Source: Anaeromyxobacteraceae bacterium
GTDB lineage: Bacteria; Myxococcota; Myxococcia; Myxococcales; Anaeromyxobacteraceae
NCBI GenBank assembly: GCA_032654565.1
Contig: JAULAX010000002.1
Coordinates: 160,001 to 224,000, forward strand
Direction of reading: 5' to 3'
DNA length: 64,000 bases
This document shows, piece by piece, positions 22,426 through 32,519 of the stretch. How positions within the stretch are numbered: the first letter of the stretch is position 1; each line of letters opens with the position of its first letter. Made by a program: the position numbers and the translations under genes. Under the pieces are notes generated by a model, which saw only the letters and a program-made list of their open reading frames with translations, did no database searches and had not been told where the DNA came from.

Positions 22426-23189
22426 GGCCGCACCTCCACGCCGCGTTCCAGCAGGAACCGCTTGGCCTCGCCGACGGTGTGGGTGCCGTCGTGGAAGATC
22501 GAGGCGGCCAGCGCCGCGTCGGCGTACCTGAGTCCTTCAGCCAGGTGCTGGAGGCTTCCCACACCTCCCGAGGCGATCACCGGGATGCGCACCGCCGCCT
22601 GCACCCGCTCCAGCAGCGCCAGGTCGTAGCCGGCGTGGGTGCCGTCGCGGTCCATCGAGGTGAGCAGCAGCTCGCCGGCGCCGCGGTCGGCCACCTCGCG
22701 GATCCAGGCCAGCCCCTCGCGCCCGGTGGCCCTCGAGCCCCCGGCCACGTAGACCTCCCACTCGGTGCCCCGCCCCTCAACCCGGGGCCGGCGCTTGACG
22801 TCCACCGCCACCACCAGCGCCTGGGCCCCGGCGATGGCCGAGAGCCGGTCGACCAGGCCCGGCTCCTTCACCGCCGAGGAGTTGACGCTCACCTTGTCGG
22901 CCCCGGCCCGCAGCAGGGCCACGAAGTCGGCCTCGCTGCGCACCCCGCCGCCCACGGTGAGCGGGGCGAAGACCCGGGCCGCGGTCCGGCTCACCAGGTC
23001 GAGCAGCGTGCCGCGGTTCTCCAGCGTGGCGGCGATGTCCAGGTAGGTGATCTCGTCGGCCCCCTGGGCGTCGTAGCGGGCCGCCGCCTCGACCGGGTCG
23101 CCGGCGTCGCGCAGGTTCTGGAACTTGACGCCCTTGACGACGCGGCCGTCCTTGACGTCGAGGCAGGGGATGATCCGCTTGGCCGGCAC
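22422..23189 (-). CDS. hisF: Imidazole glycerol phosphate synthase cyclase subunit
   Basis: [36 protein letters not shown]. Confidence 0.97.
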   Translation of the reverse strand: MPAKRIIPCLDVKDGRVVKGVKFQNLRDAGDPVEAAARYDAQGADEITYLDIAATLENRGTLLDLVSRTAARVFAPLTVGGGVRSEADFVALLRAGADKVSVNSSAVKEPGLVDRLSAIAGAQALVVAVDVKRRPRVEGRGTEWEVYVAGGSRATGREGLAWIREVADRGAGELLLTSMDRDGTHAGYDLALLERVQAAVRIPVIASGGVGSLQHLAEGLRYADAALAASIFHDGTHTVGEAKRFLLERGVEVRP

Positions 23190-23190
23190 C

Positions 23191-23946
23191 CTAGGCCCCC
23201 GCCCCCGGCGCGCCGACCGGGGCCGCTCCGCCCGCCGCCGCCAGCGCCACCGCCTCGGCCAGCTTGATCCGCCCCTCGTAGAGCGCCTTGCCGACGATGA
23301 CCCCGGCCACGCCGGCCGCCAGGCAGGCGCGGATGTCGTCGAGCCCGGCCACGCCCCCCGAGGCCACCACCGCCACCCCCGCCTCGGCCTGCAGCGCCGC
23401 GGCGCCGGCGGCGTCGACGCCGGTGAACATGCCGTCGCGGGCCACGTCGGTGTACTCCACCAGCGTCACCCCGGCCTCCTTGACCCGCCGCGCCACCTCG
23501 GCCGCCTTCAGCCCAGAGCCCTCGAGCCAGCCGGCCACCTTGACCTCGCCGTTGCGGGCGTCGATGCCGCAGCGGACCCGGCCGGGGAACCGCTGGCAGG
23601 CCTGCCGGACCAGATCCAGCCGCTCCACCGCGGCGGTGCCGAGCACCACCGCCGCCACCCCCAGCCCCAGCACCTTCTCGATGTCGCCGAGCGTGCGCAG
23701 CCCGCCCCCCAGCTCGATCTCCAGCCCCGGGACGGCGCAGAGCTCGGCCACCGTGGAGAGGTTGACCGGCCAGCCGGCCTTGGCCCCGTCGAGGTCGACG
23801 ACGTGGAGCCGGGTGGCGCCGGCGGCGGCGAACTTCGCAGCCTCCTCGGCGGGGTGGCGCGAGTAGACCTGCCGGGTGGCGAAGTCGCCCTTCTGCAGCC
23901 GGACCACCTCGCCGCTCATCAGGTCGATGGCCGGGATCACGAGCAC
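23191..23946 (-). CDS. hisA: ProFAR isomerase
   Basis: [34 protein letters not shown]. Confidence 0.96.
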   Translation of the reverse strand: MLVIPAIDLMSGEVVRLQKGDFATRQVYSRHPAEEAAKFAAAGATRLHVVDLDGAKAGWPVNLSTVAELCAVPGLEIELGGGLRTLGDIEKVLGLGVAAVVLGTAAVERLDLVRQACQRFPGRVRCGIDARNGEVKVAGWLEGSGLKAAEVARRVKEAGVTLVEYTDVARDGMFTGVDAAGAAALQAEAGVAVVASGGVAGLDDIRACLAAGVAGVIVGKALYEGRIKLAEAVALAAAGGAAPVGAPGAGA

Positions 23947-23976
23947 GGGGGGACCTCCACGAAGCGCTGGGTCATT

Positions 23977-24615
23977 CTAGTGGATCCCCACGAAGCGACG
24001 CAGGAAGGCCAGCCCGACCTGCTGGCTCTTCTCCGGGTGGAACTGGACGGCGAAGAGGTGGCCCTGCGCCAGCCCGGCGCAGAAGGGCCGGCCGTGGGTG
24101 GCGGTGAGCTGGGTGCCGGGGGCGTCGGCCGGGGCGGCGTAGCTGTGGGCGAAGTAGACGAACTGGCCGTCGAGCGGGGCGAAGAGCGGGTGCAGCGGGC
24201 CGGCGGCGGCCAGCTTCGACCAGCCGATGTGCGGCAGGCGCACCTCGGGCGGCAGCTTGCGGACGGTACCGGGGACCAGCCCCAGCCCGCGCGCCCCGCC
24301 CGCCTCCTCGCCGTCGCTGAAGAGGATCTGCAGGCCGACGCAGATGCCCAGCACCGGCGTGCCGCGGGCGATCACCTCGCGCAGCGCCGCCTCGACGCCG
24401 CTGCCGCGCATGGCCTCGGCGCAGGCCGGCATGGCCCCCTGCCCCGGCACCACCACGCTGGCGGCGGCGCGCACCGCGGCCGGGTCGCGGGTCACCACCA
24501 CCTCGGCCCCGACCTCGCGCAGGGCGTTCTCCACCGAGCGCAGGTTGCCGGCGCCGTAGTCCACCAGCGCGACCGTCCCGCTCACGGCGCGGCTCTCGCG
24601 GACCGGTCCGGCCAC
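23977..24615 (-). CDS. hisH: Imidazole glycerol phosphate synthase glutaminase subunit (alternative start GTG 24585)
   Basis: DYGAGNL.SV, GICVGLQ, YFAHSY, QFHPEKS. Confidence 0.95.
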   Translation of the reverse strand: MAGPVRESRAVSGTVALVDYGAGNLRSVENALREVGAEVVVTRDPAAVRAAASVVVPGQGAMPACAEAMRGSGVEAALREVIARGTPVLGICVGLQILFSDGEEAGGARGLGLVPGTVRKLPPEVRLPHIGWSKLAAAGPLHPLFAPLDGQFVYFAHSYAAPADAPGTQLTATHGRPFCAGLAQGHLFAVQFHPEKSQQVGLAFLRRFVGIH

Positions 24616-24616
24616 A

Positions 24617-25231
24617 TCAGAGCACGCCCTTGGTCGACGCCAGCGCCGTCCCCTCGCGCACCGTGGCGGCGCGCAGGGCCCGGGCCACCGCCTTGAAGGT
24701 GGCCTCGACGATGTGGTGCAGGTTGCGGCCGTAGCGCACGTTGACGTGGAGGCAGACCCGGGCGTGGTTGCAGAGGGCCTGCAGGAAGTCCTGGGTCAGG
24801 TCGACGTCGTAGCCGCCGATGAACTTCTTGCCGCTGGGGAGCCGGGCGTTGAAGGTCAGGTGGGGGCGGCCGGAGAGGTCGATGACCGCCTCCACCAGCG
24901 CCTCGTCGAGCGGCACCACGGCGTGGCCGTAGCGGGCCAGCCCGGCCTTGTCGCCGAGCGCCTCGCGCAGCGCCTCGCCGATGGCGATGCCGACGTCCTC
25001 GACGGTGTGGTGGGCGTCGACCTCCAGGTCGCCGCGGGCCCGGACCTCGAGGGCCAGGCCGCCGTGGCGGGAGAGCTGCGCCAGCATGTGGTCGAAGAAG
25101 GGCAGGCCGGTGTCGGTGCGGCAGGCGCCGCCGCCCAGCGCCAGCGCCACGGCGATGTCGGTCTCCTTCGTCTTCCGGGCGATCCGCCCCTGCCCCGGCT
25201 TCGACTTCGGCTTCGACTTCCTGGCCGCCAT
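24617..25231 (-). CDS. hisB: Imidazoleglycerol-phosphate dehydratase
   Basis: RKTKETDI, FFDHML, DAHHTVED, NLHHIVE, STKGVL; TGATG overlap with hisD. Confidence 0.96.
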   Translation of the reverse strand: MAARKSKPKSKPGQGRIARKTKETDIAVALALGGGACRTDTGLPFFDHMLAQLSRHGGLALEVRARGDLEVDAHHTVEDVGIAIGEALREALGDKAGLARYGHAVVPLDEALVEAVIDLSGRPHLTFNARLPSGKKFIGGYDVDLTQDFLQALCNHARVCLHVNVRYGRNLHHIVEATFKAVARALRAATVREGTALASTKGVL

Positions 25232-26646
25232 CAGCTCCTCCCCCGCTTCGGCTTCGACCGCTGCGGCTGCTTCGAACCCTTCGCCTGCTTCGACGGCTTC
25301 CTCGACGGCCGCGCCGCCTTCTTCGCCGGAGCCGGCGCCGCCTTCCCCTCGACCCGCACCTGCACGGCGCGCCAGTGGCCCAGCAGCCCCTCGGCCAGGG
25401 CCAGCGCCTCGACCGCCGGCGCCACCGCCGCCAGCGCCCGGGGCGTGAACTCGAGGACGCTCTGGCGCCGCCGGAAGGTGGCCACCGAGAGCGGCGAGGC
25501 GAAGCGGGCGGTGCCGGCCGTCGGCAGCACGTGGCTGGGGCCGGCCAGGTAGTCGCCCACCGCCTCCGGCGTCGAGGCGCCCACGAAGAGGGCGCCGGCC
25601 CGGGTCAGCTTCGGGGCCAGCCTGCGGGCGTCGGCGGCGTGGATGGCCAGGTGCTCGGGGGCGAACCGGTCGGCCAGCGCCACCGCCTCGGCCAGGGTGC
25701 GGGTCACCACCACCGCCCCGCGCTCGGCGATGGCCTGGCCGGCGATCTCCCGGCGCGGCAGGTCGGCGAGCTGCCGCCCCACCTCCACCTGCGCCGCCGC
25801 CGCCAGCGCCTTCGACGGGGTCACCAGCACCGCCACGGCGCGCACGTCGTGCTCGGCCTGGGCCAGCAGGTCGCTGGCCACCTCGACGGCGCTGGCCGCG
25901 GCGTCGGCCAGCACCAGGATCTCGCTGGGGCCGGCGATCATGTCGATGTCCACCTGGCCGAAGACCAGCCGCTTGGCGGCGGCCACGTAGGCGTTGCCCG
26001 GGCCGCAGATCTTGTCGACCGCCGGCACCGTGGCGGTGCCGTAGGCCAGCGCCGCCACCGCCTGGGCCCCGCCCACCTTGAAGAGGCGGGAGACGCCGGC
26101 CACGTGGCAGGCGGCCAGCGTCCAGCCGTCGACGGCGCCGGTGGCGTGGAGGCCGGGGGTGGTCACCACCACCTCGCCGACGCCGGCCACCCGGGCCGGG
26201 ATGGCGGTCATCAGCACCGACGAGGGGTAGCGGGCGGTGCCGCCGGGGACGTAGAGGCCGACCCGCGCCAGGGGGTGGGTGCGCTGGGCCAGCCGGGCGC
26301 CCAGGGCGTCGGTGAACTCCGGCACCTCGGCGTCGCGCTCGCGCTGGTGGAAGGCGCGGACCCGGTCGGCGGCCAGCTGCAGCGCCCGGCGGCCGGCGTC
26401 GGGCAGGCCGCGCCAGGCGGCGGCGAAGTCGGCCGGCCCGAGCGCCAGGGCGTCGGCCGAGGCCGGCACCCAGCGGTCCCAGCGGGCGGTGTAGTCGAGC
26501 AGGGCGGCGTCGCCGCGGGCCCGGACGTCGGCCACCACCCGGGCGGCCGCCTCGCGCACCGGGGCCTCGTCCTCGTCGGAGCCGCGGGCGCAGAGGGCGC
26601 GCCAGGCGTCGGCGAAGCTGGGGGCGGTGGTGACGAGCGTCTTCAC
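25231..26646 (-). CDS. hisD: Histidinol dehydrogenase with Lys-rich C-terminal tail
   Basis: GLYVPGG, GPGNAYV, DMIAGPSE, QAEHD, APEHL, GPSHVLPT. Confidence 0.96.
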   Translation of the reverse strand: MKTLVTTAPSFADAWRALCARGSDEDEAPVREAAARVVADVRARGDAALLDYTARWDRWVPASADALALGPADFAAAWRGLPDAGRRALQLAADRVRAFHQRERDAEVPEFTDALGARLAQRTHPLARVGLYVPGGTARYPSSVLMTAIPARVAGVGEVVVTTPGLHATGAVDGWTLAACHVAGVSRLFKVGGAQAVAALAYGTATVPAVDKICGPGNAYVAAAKRLVFGQVDIDMIAGPSEILVLADAAASAVEVASDLLAQAEHDVRAVAVLVTPSKALAAAAQVEVGRQLADLPRREIAGQAIAERGAVVVTRTLAEAVALADRFAPEHLAIHAADARRLAPKLTRAGALFVGASTPEAVGDYLAGPSHVLPTAGTARFASPLSVATFRRRQSVLEFTPRALAAVAPAVEALALAEGLLGHWRAVQVRVEGKAAPAPAKKAARPSRKPSKQAKGSKQPQRSKPKRGRS

Positions 26647-26728
26647 GGGGGGTCCTCTCTTCGGGAACCCGGGAAAATACCGCATCGGCGGCGGTGAGGC
26701 GAGCCGGGCTGCGGCTGCTGGGTTGCGG

Positions 26729-27265
26729 CTGCAGAGCGCAGGGGTCCAGCCGCAGCGCTCCGGCGGTGGCCCGGTCGGAGGTGGCGGAGAAGCCGAGCTC
26801 GAGCGCGGTGACCGTCACGGCGCCCCCCGTCCCCTCGGTCCACGCCACCGAGCCGGAGGCGGCAGCCTGGCTGCTCCCGAGGACGCCCCCGGTCCGCTGG
26901 GTGAGCTCCCCCACCCCCTGGCCGGCGGCCGGGGTCGCCGCCGCCAGCACCGAGGCCACGGTGGTGCCATCCGCCGGCGGCAGGATCCGCAACGCCAGCA
27001 GGGTCCAGGTGCCCACCGGCACCAGCCGGATGGCCAGGCAGGTGTCCGGCTGGTCGGAGACGTAGAGCTCCAGCAGGCCGGCGCGGCGCCCCACCGCGCC
27101 GCTGACCATCTTCAGCGTGGTGCCGCCGACGGTGAACTCGGGGGGCGGGGTGAGATCCACCGGACCCGAGGCCGGGAGGCCGCAGCCTGACGGGAGGGCG
27201 AGCGCCAGGAGGAGGAGCGCCCCTCCCGGCCCGAGCCGCCCCCCGGTCCGGCCGCCCCGGCTCAC
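26729..27265 (-). CDS. Hypothetical lipoprotein with no in-frame stop (end placed at the suspected CAG)
   Basis: Lipobox-like LPSGC; GTGA overlap with pulA; protein-like to LDPCAL, after which the frame stays open through hisD into hisB. Confidence 0.55.
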
Positions 27266-30200
27266 CGGACCACGTAGACCACGGCGGTGCGCGGGGGCAC
27301 GGTGAAGGTCCCGGTGGCCGAGGCGTAGGCGGCCTGCGTGCGGGGGCGCTGGTCCGCCGCCGTGGCGCTGTCCTGCACCGGGTGGAGCACCCAGGGCTTG
27401 CCGGCCTCCGCGGCCAGCACCAGGTCGTGCGCCACCTTGTCGACGTTGACCAGGTAGAGCACCTCGGCGAAGCCGGCGCCGGTGTAGCCGGTGCCGTCGA
27501 GGTGGCCCGCCATCACCGTGGCCACCTGCCCGGCGCCGCTGTTGGGGAAGGTGAGCCGCAACTTGACGTCGGCGGCGGTCCGGAGCCGGAAGAGCGTGGA
27601 GCTCTTGCGGATGGCCAGCAGGTCGCGGAAGCCGTCACGGGCGAAGGCGATGGCCGCCCCGTCCGGCCGGAGCGCCGGGGAGGCGAGGAGCGGCTGGATG
27701 ATCGACCAGTTGGCCCCGTTGTCGCCCTGCATGGGCATGCCGACCCCGAAGTTGTTGGTGGCGTAGGTCCAGTCGAGCCGGTTGAACCAGTCCCCCGAGT
27801 CGTAGCTGTTCCGGTCCATCGACTTGCTGCGGAGCGTGTCGACGCCGGCGTGGAAGTAGGCGACCCCCTGGCTGAAGGCGTTGAGGGCGACCCCCAGCAG
27901 CTGGGACCGGACCCGGTCGTCCATGGTGGTGGCGACCGGCAGCTTGTAGACGTTGATGTCGTAGAGGGTCTGGTTGTCGTGGTTCTCGACGTAGTTCACC
28001 ACCTCGTCGGGCGAGGTCACGTAGCCGGCCGGCTGGCCGTTGTAGTCGATGGCCTCCAGCGTGGTGGCGGTGCCGTTCCAGGCGGTGAGCGGGAAGGAGC
28101 GGATCGAGCCGGCCAGCCCGACCCGGACCATGTCGGCGGCCGAGGCCAGGGCGTCGGCCGCGGCGGCCCCGGTGGGACCGGTCGGGTTGGGGTCGTAGGA
28201 GAGGCCGTTGATGTACCCCTGGTTCTTGACCAGGTCGGCGCCGCCGTCGAACGGGCTGCCGCCGCGGATCCGGTCGCGGGCCCGGTCGCTGAAGGTGGCG
28301 ATCCCCGAGCCGTTGAGCGAGAGCTGCGAGGCCTGCTCGAAGCGGGCCCCGCCGGCCACCTCACCGAAGTTCCAGCCCTCGCCGACCAGCTGGACGGCGC
28401 GACCGGTCGTGGCCAGGAGCCGGGCCTTGATGGCCTCCATCACCGAGCGCGGCTGGTGGCCCATCAGGTCGAAGCGGAAGGAGTCGATCCGGTACTGGGA
28501 GGCCCAGGTGACCACCGAGTCGCTCATCAGCTTGGCCATCATGGCGTTCTCGGTGGCGGTGTTGCTGCAGCAGGTGGACTGCTCCACTGCCCCGGTGGCG
28601 TCGAGCCGGTGGTAGTAGCCCGGGACGATCCGGTCGAGCACCGACTTCTCGTCCTGCCCGTGGCGGGTGGTGTGGTTGTAGACCACGTCCATGCCGACCC
28701 GGAGGCCGGCCTGGTGCAGCCCCATCACCATCTGCCGGAACTCCAGCACCCGGGTGGCGCCGTCGGCGGCGTCGCTGGCGTAGCTCCCCTCCGGCGCCGT
28801 GTAGTGGAACGGGTCGTAGCCCCAGTTGAAGCCGTCCTGCCCGGCGATGACCCGGGTGAACTCCTGCTGCTTGTCGTCGGTCGGGCCGTAGCTGGCCAGG
28901 GCCTGGCCCACCGTCTGGCCGGCGAAGGGCACGCAGCGCGAGGAGGCGATGGGCACGGTGGCCTTGGTGCACAGGTCGCTGAACAGGGAGGTGAGGTCGA
29001 TGCGGTCGGCCGGGTTCTCCTTGACGGTGGCGATGTCGAAGACCGGCAGCAGGTGGACGTCGGTGATCCCGGCGGTGGCCAGCGCCCGCAGGTGCTTCAT
29101 CCCGTCGGAGGTGGCGTCGGTGAAGGCCAGGTACTTCCCGCGGTGCGCCGCCGGCACGGTGGCGTCGGAGACCGAGAAGTCACGGACGTGCAGCTCGTAG
29201 ATGGAGAGATCGGTCTGCGCGCCGAGGGCCGGGGGGACCACGGCGGCGTCCCAGCCGGTGGGGCGGAGCTTCGCCGACGACAGGTCGGCGACGTAGCTGC
29301 GCTTCGAGTCGGTGGTCAGGCTGACCGAGTAGGGATCGGTGACCAGGTTCCGCACCACGCCCACCCCGCGGACGAAGACCTCGACGGCGTAGGCGTAGTA
29401 CTTGCCCGAGAGGTCGCCGGTCCGGCTGGCGCTCCAGGTGCCGCGGGCGGCGTCGAAGCTCATGGCGTCGAGCCCGGTGGCGGCGCCGGTCCCGGTGTCG
29501 TAGGTGCAGAGCGAGACCTTGCGCGCCGTCGGGGCCCAGACCTTGAAGGCGGTCGTGCCGGAGGCCAGGCTGACGCCCAGATCGGTGGTGGCGGCGTTGG
29601 CGCTGGCGTAGAGGCCGTCGAGCGCCCCGGCCAGCTGCAGCGTGGTGGCGTTCTGGACGACGCCGGCGGAGTCCTCCTGCACCAGCAGCACCTGCTCCTT
29701 GAGCAGCGCCGCGACCCCGGCCTGGTCGGCCGCCTTGACGGAGAGGACCACGCCGCCGGAGAGGAACTTGAAGCGGGTCGCCGCCTCGGCGGGCACGGCG
29801 CCGGTGAAGACGTCGAGCGTGAGGGAGCCGTCGCTGCCGGTCACCTTGGTGTCCTTGGCGGCCACCAGCTGGCCGGTGGCCGAGCGGTAGAGCTTGAAGA
29901 CCCCGGCGCCGTTCACCTTGGGCCACTTGATCAGCTGCGACGTCAGCCAGGAGGCGCGGGCGTCGGTGGTGGAGGCGGCGCGCAGGTCGGGCGGCGAGGT
30001 GTAGACGGTCCCGTCCTCCTGGGCGATCCAGATCTCGGCCACCTGGGCGGTGGGCGTCAGCCCGGCGTAGCTGGCCACCAGGTCGCTGCTCCGGCCGTCC
30101 TTGTTGTCGACGTTGGTGGCGGGAGGGGGCAGCCCATGGATGACGAAGGTGAGCCCGGTCCGGGTGGGGTCGGTCAGGGGATTGATCACCGGGATGTCGA

Positions 30201-30900
30201 AGGTCACCTGCGAGCCGTCCAGCGCCGCGGAGTAGTTGGGCATGGAGGAGAGGGGCACCGGAGCGGACCAGGTGTTGAGGGTCAGGCCGGAGAGCCGGGT
30301 GGCGTCGACGCCGCCGGCCGGGAACAGGTGCAGCCCCCAGGTCGAGTAGCTGGAGTCGAAGCGCAGGTAGTGGACCCGGACGGTGGCGATGTCCTTGGGG
30401 CCGGCCCCGGTGGGATCGCTCAGGTAGGTGGTCGGATCGCCGGAGATCCGCCAGATCTCGTTGGCGCCCGGCTTGAGCGTGTAGCTCTGGTCGGTGGGGA
30501 GGTCCTTGGTGTCCCCCATGTGGATGATGTAGCCGACGGTCCCCGAGGCGGCGACGATGGTGGGCCTGAAGACGACGCCGAAGGCGTCGGTGGAGACCTG
30601 GGGATAGCCGACGCTCCAGCCCATGTCCTGCGCCGCGCCCCAGGCGTGCAGCACCCAGCCGGTGTAGATGCCGTCCGCCCGCTTGTAGTGGATGGTCAGC
30701 GTCGGCAGGGCGCCGCCGCCCCCGCCGCCCGGCGTGGCGACGGCGTTGAGCGTCACCATGACGTTCCCGTCGCAGGCGCTCAGGTCCGGCCCAGGGGGGG
30801 AGGTGCTGGAGCTGGAGCAGCCGCCGAGCAGGGCGGCCAGCGTGACGGCGAGGAGGGCGCGGGAGGGGGTGGTGGTCACGGCGTGGCGGGGCTGGGTCAC
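27262..30900 (-). CDS. pulA: Pullulanase-type alpha-1,6-glucosidase lipoprotein (GH13; two CBM41-like modules, CBM48, C-terminal DUF3372-like)
   Basis: Lipobox LGGC; IHYKRADG.Y.GW.LH.W-like module twice; FNWGYDP, DVVYNH, FRFDLMG, GEGW, YVENHDN. Confidence 0.93.
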   Translation of the reverse strand: MTQPRHAVTTTPSRALLAVTLAALLGGCSSSSTSPPGPDLSACDGNVMVTLNAVATPGGGGGGALPTLTIHYKRADGIYTGWVLHAWGAAQDMGWSVGYPQVSTDAFGVVFRPTIVAASGTVGYIIHMGDTKDLPTDQSYTLKPGANEIWRISGDPTTYLSDPTGAGPKDIATVRVHYLRFDSSYSTWGLHLFPAGGVDATRLSGLTLNTWSAPVPLSSMPNYSAALDGSQVTFDIPVINPLTDPTRTGLTFVIHGLPPPATNVDNKDGRSSDLVASYAGLTPTAQVAEIWIAQEDGTVYTSPPDLRAASTTDARASWLTSQLIKWPKVNGAGVFKLYRSATGQLVAAKDTKVTGSDGSLTLDVFTGAVPAEAATRFKFLSGGVVLSVKAADQAGVAALLKEQVLLVQEDSAGVVQNATTLQLAGALDGLYASANAATTDLGVSLASGTTAFKVWAPTARKVSLCTYDTGTGAATGLDAMSFDAARGTWSASRTGDLSGKYYAYAVEVFVRGVGVVRNLVTDPYSVSLTTDSKRSYVADLSSAKLRPTGWDAAVVPPALGAQTDLSIYELHVRDFSVSDATVPAAHRGKYLAFTDATSDGMKHLRALATAGITDVHLLPVFDIATVKENPADRIDLTSLFSDLCTKATVPIASSRCVPFAGQTVGQALASYGPTDDKQQEFTRVIAGQDGFNWGYDPFHYTAPEGSYASDAADGATRVLEFRQMVMGLHQAGLRVGMDVVYNHTTRHGQDEKSVLDRIVPGYYHRLDATGAVEQSTCCSNTATENAMMAKLMSDSVVTWASQYRIDSFRFDLMGHQPRSVMEAIKARLLATTGRAVQLVGEGWNFGEVAGGARFEQASQLSLNGSGIATFSDRARDRIRGGSPFDGGADLVKNQGYINGLSYDPNPTGPTGAAAADALASAADMVRVGLAGSIRSFPLTAWNGTATTLEAIDYNGQPAGYVTSPDEVVNYVENHDNQTLYDINVYKLPVATTMDDRVRSQLLGVALNAFSQGVAYFHAGVDTLRSKSMDRNSYDSGDWFNRLDWTYATNNFGVGMPMQGDNGANWSIIQPLLASPALRPDGAAIAFARDGFRDLLAIRKSSTLFRLRTAADVKLRLTFPNSGAGQVATVMAGHLDGTGYTGAGFAEVLYLVNVDKVAHDLVLAAEAGKPWVLHPVQDSATAADQRPRTQAAYASATGTFTVPPRTAVVYVVR

Positions 30901-30986
30901 GGGGCTGTCCTCTGGTGTCGCTGCGTTGGTCCGGTGTGCATGTCTAATTGCCTGGGGCGAGTTGCGCCCGCTGGCGAGGAGGCGCG

Positions 30987-32186
30987 TCAGGCCGCCCGAA
31001 CGCCATTCCCGTGGGAGCGGGCCAGCGGGTGGAGCGCCTGGTGCAGGACGCTGCCGGCGGCTCCCACGGCGGCGGCGTTGAGGCCGAAGCGGCAGACCCT
31101 GACCTCGGTGCGGTGGTAGGGCAGCTCCCCGGTCAGCCGCTGCAACTCGGCGATGGCCACGTCCACCAGCCCCTGGAGCCGGCTCAGCGTCCCGCCCAGG
31201 ATCAGCACCTCGGGGTTGATGGTCACCACCAGGTTCTGGAGGACCAGGCCGAGGTGCTCGCCGGCCTCGCGGACCACCCGCCGCATGGTGGCGTCGCCCC
31301 GGTCGAGCAGCGCCACCAGCTCCGAGACGCGGAGCACCGGGGTCTCCTGGCCGGTGGCCTGCCGGCTGATCACCTTCTGCGAGAGGATGGTCTCGGCGCA
31401 GCCGCGGCGACCGCAGGCGCAGCGGGTGCCGTCCACCTTGAGGATGGTGTGGCCCACCTCGCCGGCCAGGCCGTCGAACCCGACGTGCAGGCCTCCCTCG
31501 AGCACGATGCCGGCGCCGACGCCGTAGCCGAGGCTGAGGAAGACCAGCGAGCCGACCGCGGGCCCGGTCCCGAAGACGTACTCGCTGAGCGCCGCGGCGT
31601 TGGCGTCGTTGAGCACCTGGACCGGCATGTCGCCGGCGCGCCGCTCCAGCAGCGCGGCGCCCAGCAGGTCGCCGAAGGGGACGTCACGCCAGCCGATGCT
31701 GGGGGCCAGCCGGAGGAAGCCCTCGGTGTCCACCATCCCGGCCACCGCCACGCCGGCGCCGAGGACCTTGCGCTTCCCGGCCAGGACCGCGGCCCGGGCC
31801 TCGGCGACCAGCCCGGCGGTGTCGCGGATCGACTGCCCCTGGTCGACGTGGCGGTAGTCGATCCTCCTGGAGAAGAGCACCTCCCCCTGGAGACCGCAGG
31901 CCACGGCGTTGATGAAGTCGTCCCCCACCTCGGCGCCGACCAGGGCCAGCCGGGTGGAGTCGAGGTCGAGCGCCTTGGGCCGGCGTCCCAGGGCCCCCGT
32001 CCCGCGGGACCCCTCCTGGCGGAGCCAGCCGTCCTCGATCAGCTCTCCCACCAGGACCGAGACGGTCGATTCGGCGAGCCCGATCAGCTCCGCCAGCTCG
32101 CCCCGGGCCAGCCCTGGCCTGGCCTTGACGTGCCGGACGATGGCCATCCGGTTCAGTCTCTTCAGCATGCGCTGGGAGCCGGCCAT
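30987..32186 (-). CDS. ROK-family transcriptional repressor
   Basis: N-terminal wHTH, GRRP linker, NDANAAAL.E, GEVGH, CACGRRGCAE. Confidence 0.93.
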   Translation of the reverse strand: MAGSQRMLKRLNRMAIVRHVKARPGLARGELAELIGLAESTVSVLVGELIEDGWLRQEGSRGTGALGRRPKALDLDSTRLALVGAEVGDDFINAVACGLQGEVLFSRRIDYRHVDQGQSIRDTAGLVAEARAAVLAGKRKVLGAGVAVAGMVDTEGFLRLAPSIGWRDVPFGDLLGAALLERRAGDMPVQVLNDANAAALSEYVFGTGPAVGSLVFLSLGYGVGAGIVLEGGLHVGFDGLAGEVGHTILKVDGTRCACGRRGCAETILSQKVISRQATGQETPVLRVSELVALLDRGDATMRRVVREAGEHLGLVLQNLVVTINPEVLILGGTLSRLQGLVDVAIAELQRLTGELPYHRTEVRVCRFGLNAAAVGAAGSVLHQALHPLARSHGNGVRAA

Positions 32187-32383
32187 CCCTTATCTTCCCC
32201 TTGCCACCCCCTCGACGGAAGGGGGGATGCTGGACGGGACCACTGGTCAGATGCTCTGCAAGTTACTGAAATTGCTAGATTACCGGATGATACATGGATC
32301 CGACGACCACCGGCGGCGTTCGCATGGGGCTGTGACCCCATGGGCCCTACCAGCGGCGCCGCGAGATGCTACGACCACTTCCA

Positions 32384-32433
32384 CCTAGTCCTTTTCTATA
32401 AATTCGACCATACTCCGAATTATCCAGACTAGG
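32384..32433. promoter_or_regulatory. AT-rich nested palindrome; candidate ROK operator
   Basis: AATTCG-N9-CGAATT (32401-32421) inside CCTAGTC...GACTAGG, in the divergent ROK/amylase spacer. Confidence 0.55.
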
Positions 32434-32519
32434 AAGTCCAAGTGAAGGACCGTGAGCGATGCCTGCGCACATGGGAGGCCGATGTCGGTGGACGTGACGA
32501 GCGGGCCCGGAGGCCATCG

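Noticed and set aside
30901..30986. Sigma54 promoter upstream of pulA (GGCAATTAGACATGC)
   Set aside because: GG-to-GC spacing is 11 nt, not the required 10
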